This document shows positions 59,311 to 64,000 of a stretch of 64,000 bases of DNA, piece by piece. Within the stretch, counting starts at the first letter, position 1; each line of letters begins with the position of its first letter. The stretch is from assembly GCF_902713615.1 (NCBI RefSeq), contig NC_052161.1:132702678-132766677 (forward strand). Reading direction: 5' to 3'. A model generated the notes under the pieces. It ran no database searches. It was not told where the DNA came from and saw nothing but the letters and a program-made list of their open reading frames with translations. The position numbers and the translations under genes are program-made. Origin of the DNA: Scyliorhinus canicula (taxonomy: Eukaryota).

Positions 59311-62300
59311 GTACAGCACAGGAACAGGCCCTCCGGCCCTCCAAGCCTGTGCCGACCATGCTGAAAGATTTTTTAAAAATATATACCTCAGCCCCATTTA
59401 GAATCGGAGAGTTTTTATAGCATGGAAAGAGGCCCTTCGGCCTTCGTGTCTGTGCTGGCCATCAAGCATCTATCTATTCTAATCCCATTTTCCAGCACAT
59501 TTCAAATGCTCATCTGAATACTTCTTAAATGTTGTGAGGGTTCCCGCCTCTATCACCCTTTCAGGCAGTGAGTTCCAGACTCCCACCACCCTCTGGGTGA
59601 AAAGGATTTTCCTCACATCTCCTCTAAACCTCCTGTTCCTTAACTTAAATCTACGACCCCTGGAAAGGTTTCTTCCTATCTAATCTTCTCATCATTTTTT
59701 ACACCTCAATCAGGACCACCCCCCTCCCCCTCAACCTTCGCAGTTCCTTTAACCAGTTTTGATCTGTAACCTTTAACACTCTTTCCTTGAATCTCTGTTT
59801 TGAACTTTCCAGCTATGTTATCTAAAGGGCTCACCACTACCTAGGTGCAGGTTAGTTGTTTGATCATTTGATTTCTGCAGTTTTGACCCTATTGTTTGAC
59901 TCTCAAAGTTAATTCGGACTGTTGAGGTAATGGTTTTGTTCTTCCCTCTTGGAGCAATGGAAGGGGCTGAACAAGATCTCCCTCCTCCTCTTCACCACTG
60001 GGGCAATTGCCTCTGGTGAGTAAAGTCGCCATCGCCCCAGATGGCCACAGGCTACATTCCCCTTTGAGGGAGAGAGCTGGCTGCTGGTGTTTAACCTGAG
60101 GATCACCACACCTCAGACGAGGGGTAAGGTTGAGAAGACGGGCCTTCATTAATTAACCTCAGCCGGTACGGGAATTTAACTCGTGCTGTTGGCCTTGCTC
60201 TTTGTCGCATACCAGCTGTCAAGCGAAAACCGGCGCACAACCATTGCCTCTAAAACGGCATTGACGAACCTTTGGATCTGGAGCTTATGCCACCATTTCT
60301 CTGCTCCAGGGAGATTCCCCATTTCCTGCAGCCGCAGTGCCCTAAACCCCTTTCCATGGCGATTGAGCAGTCCAGGTTTCCATTCCACCCTCGGACAGGC
60401 ACATTGGTAATCAATAGCATCAGCTGCACACTGGAGCCAACATAATAAGGCCCCAGCACCAATTTACCATGCTTCCTGCGACCGTGATATGTATTAATCC
60501 CATGTGCTTTTATTTAATTTGTTTCGTTCATAACTTACACTTATGACTTTGCTTTTCATACATTCCATGCCCGTCCACAGCTGGGAGCTACAGTTGTTGA
60601 GTTTGGTGGACATCAAGTGTCAGTCTGGGTGCGGTAATCTCACCTTCAGTGTTCAGAGCGTTAAGAAGGGCTAACAACGCGAGTTAGGCCCAGTCACAAG
60701 GGATGACTGGCTCAAGGGATGAGCATGGCCAACGTTAAGCACTGGGTGAGTTGATTCATAAACTCATTTGCAGCAAATTTTGCTTATCCCAATTTAGTTT
60801 CCCCGGGTCCATGTTAACGTGCTGGGCCATGATTTCTGTCGTGAACCCGATCCAATTTGGTACTTCAACGGGACAAAATGGATGTTATTTACATTTTGAT
60901 TGGGGAATTAAAATATCAAAGTAGCCGCTGAAGAAATCTTACTTTGTAAGAAAGGAAACACATACTCCTTGGTGACTAACACTGAGCTACACAACTCATT
61001 CACAGCACCAGGCAGGACAGTGATTGCACATAGCATTCAGACTCCGGATCTGATTTCAGTCTGGCAAGAAAGAAGAGATGTTTAAATTTGAAATTGCTAA
61101 ATGAAAAAAACAGGCAGCTGCCAGAAATGTGTTAATGACTGGATCTTTAATCGGGCTTCCTACAACTTCAGGGTATCAATTTTAATTCTACAGCGTCCTT
61201 CGCTCCACTAACACAGTGCAAGCTTTTCTTTGATCAAACTGGTTGAACCAGCATTCAGGAGAAAAACAAATCTTTTATTCCCATAGTTTACCTTCTCAAA
61301 CGGCCTGCTGGCATTATGTCATATTATTGCGCTCATTACATTCATTAATGTGATAGACTAAAATGATTTCAGCTGATGACTAAACACACCAGTTCCTTTA
61401 TATGGGTGGCTTCTTGACCTACTGGACCCCAATCTTCACATACCTACCATCTGCGTTAATAATAACTAGATCAGATCTTCAAGTTTACAGGCACAGCACT
61501 AAGTATAGAAGAACATTCAGACAGGGTTAGCACTTTTCTATGACATATTCCAAAACTAAAATTGTGCCACTGCTAAATAACCTGTGTTACCATAATACCC
61601 CTACAGTGCAGCAGGAGGCCATTCGGCCCATTGAGTCGACACTGACCCTCTAAATCATAGAACCATACAATTTACAGTGCAGAGGGGGGTCATTCAGACC
61701 ATCGGGTCTGCACCGGCTCTTGGAAAGAGCACCTGACTGAAGCCCATGCCTCCACCCTATCCCCGTAAGCCAGTAACCCCACCTAACCTTTTGGACACTA
61801 AGGGGCAATTTAGCATGGCCAAGCCACCTAACCTGCACATCTTTGCACTGTGGGAGGAAACCGGAGCACCCGGAGGAAACCCACGCAGACACAGGGGAGA
61901 AAGTGCAAACTCCACACAGGCAGTCACCTGAGGCGGGAATTGAACTTGGGTCCCTGGAGCGTGAGGCAACAGTGTTAACGACTGTGCCACCGTCCCGGCC
62001 AAAAAGAAAACTCGACCCAATTCATGGGACAGAGCACCCTCACCAACTCCCCTCCCTATCCCCGATACACCGTAACCCCACCTAACCTGTGTGCCCCTGG
62101 ACATTGAGGGGCAGATTTTGTCATGGCCAATCCACCGAACCTGTACATCTTTGAACGTTTAACTTTTGAAATGAAAATGCTATTTTAATATTGTCAATAT
62201 TTTCCAAGAGAATGTATGAATTGTTCCTCCTGGCGCAGGTGGAATTGTAGAATAGATATTCAGTCATGGAGTCCATGCAATCTTGCATCCTTCAAAGCTA

Positions 62301-63708
62301 ATTAATTAATTAATCCCACCATTAATTCTGCAGCGTTCACTGGATTCTGCATCTGAGCCCCTCTCAGTCACTCAAAGCTCTGACTTCATCACATCTACCT
62401 TGATGCGATTTTCCCACCAAACTGCACCATTAGCACAAGCTTTTGGGGCAAAGTGCCAATCCAATGCGCAGCAATTATGCCCACTGAACTGAACTGAGTC
62501 CCAAACAAAGCACGAAGAGGGAAAGTGAAGGGAACATGAAGTCAGATCAAAGGCTTTGCTCACTCAAACAATAGTGACTTGTTTCACCGTGGTCAGGAAA
62601 CTTTATGGTAACTCGAAAACCCAAATATCTCAGCCAGGTGCCCATTTGACTCGTCAATGGGGCCTGGTAGGCTATTCAACTGAGGAGGGCATCGCAGCCA
62701 AGCATGATTCTATCTGACTGAGCTTCCACCAAGCAGAGGTACTGGATAACAATCAGGACACAAGCCATGGCCCGACACCACACCCACCCACTTCCCACCT
62801 CACTGATAATGTGTCACATTGTCCGACTATACCGTCTTAGATCACCTAACACAGCACAGACCGAGGGTCAAACTTTTCATCTGGAAGCTCAGCACCATAC
62901 CATGTTGACCTCGAACTATTGGGAGAGCTCTCCTCTGAGATTTCGCTCAATAGCTTCACTATTCTACTTTTAGTCAAGACCCCACTGAACAAACTTTGGA
63001 GAATACAATGATTCCAATTGGATCCTTATAGTCACACCTCTCGGGACATTCCAAAGTCCTTTGCATGCAATTGCTTTCGCACACAGTGGCTGTTGCTATG
63101 TTAAATAAACACAGCAAATATTATGCACACAAACAGCAATGAGATTAATCGCCCGTTGCCTCCTTTTTAATCGGGGACGTTAAGGCCTCATCCAGACGGT
63201 GGTGCCTCCAACAGCGCGGCTCCCATCAGTCCTGCAGGTGAAGGGGCAGTCTCTCTAGGCTGGCTGACATGCTCTGGTCCTGGAACCAGGATTTGAACCC
63301 AAAACCTAATGATTGAGGTGACAGTGTTGCCGCCTGTATGAAGCTGACACCTGTTTGGAAATTGTTTCCGATCTCAGTTTCAAGTGCAGTCATTCGAAAA
63401 TACGAATTAGGAGCAGGGGTTTGGCTAATTAGCCCCTCGAAACTGCTTCACCATTCAGTAAGATTGCAGCTGATCTGATTGTAAGTTCAACCCCGCATTC
63501 CTGTCTAGCCCTGATGACCTTTCACCCCCTTGTTAATCAAGAATCTATCCAACTATGCCTTACAAACATTCAGAGACAGGCAGCACGGTGGCGTAGTGGT
63601 TAGCACTGCTGCATCACAGCGCTGAAGACCCGGGTTCAATCCCAGCTCTGGGTCACTATCCGTGTGGAGTTTGCACATTCTCCCCATGTCTGCGTGGGTT
63701 TCACCCCC

Positions 63709-63994
63709 TGTGGTGAACGTATTGCAGTAACCATTCACCAGATATGTAACTGTAGCACGCTGTTGCCCATGAGGGCTCCACCTATGGACCATTGTAAGGT
63801 ATTACCTGTGATGTATCATGTTGGTGCCTTTGTAGGCTCCGCCCCTGGCTCCTCCCCTTGAAGGGAGGTATAAAGAGCGGTAGCCCTGTAGGCGGCTCTC
63901 AGTAGCAGAGCAGTCGCAGGCAGACACTGTTCTAGTCGATTAAAGCCACAGTTTACATCTACACTCTGTTTCGTGTGAATTGATGGTCGCATCA
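63709..63994 (+). mobile_element. Gypsy-type solo LTR inserted in an HE1 SINE (itself within CR1)
   Basis: TGTGGTGAA...ATTGATGGTCGCATCA, 5-bp TSD CCCCC. Confidence 0.9.
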
Positions 63995-64000
63995 CCCCCA

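Noticed and set aside
55200-64000. miR-200b/200a/429 cluster, which lies at the 5' end of TTLL10 in other vertebrates
   Set aside because: I did not find the mature sequences (TAATACTG/TAACACTG..TGGTAA) by eye. The cluster may lie beyond the window, and a BLAST or Infernal search would settle this.

Overview
Vertebrate genomic DNA, most likely from a cartilaginous fish (shark). This is inferred from abundant HE1/V-SINE and SacSINE1/DeuSINE-type repeats. The window is dominated by one minus-strand gene, TTLL10 (tubulin polyglycylase). I reconstructed 10 phase-compatible GT-AG coding exons between 2325 and 43799, plus two less certain 5' exons near 47.9 kb and 54.7-55.0 kb. The core TTL catalytic motifs are intact, but the residue linked to chain elongation reads Leu (KPAGSNLGKG) where TTLL10/TTLL6 normally have Gln. 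The introns are densely packed with transposons. These include a rearranged Gypsy element with three LTRs enclosing a captured LINE fragment, and a truncated PIF/Harbinger element with a spliced Myb/SANT-coiled-coil gene. About eight MITEs carry the same terminus as that element. There are also hAT MITEs, four solo LTRs, Rex1/CR1/RTE-X LINE fragments, a Penelope hairpin with degenerate hammerhead ribozymes, SINEs that combine two heads with several LINE-derived tails, and three minisatellites. There are no prokaryotic-type systems. Family names come from remembered motifs, not from database searches, and repeat boundaries without a stated TSD are approximate.
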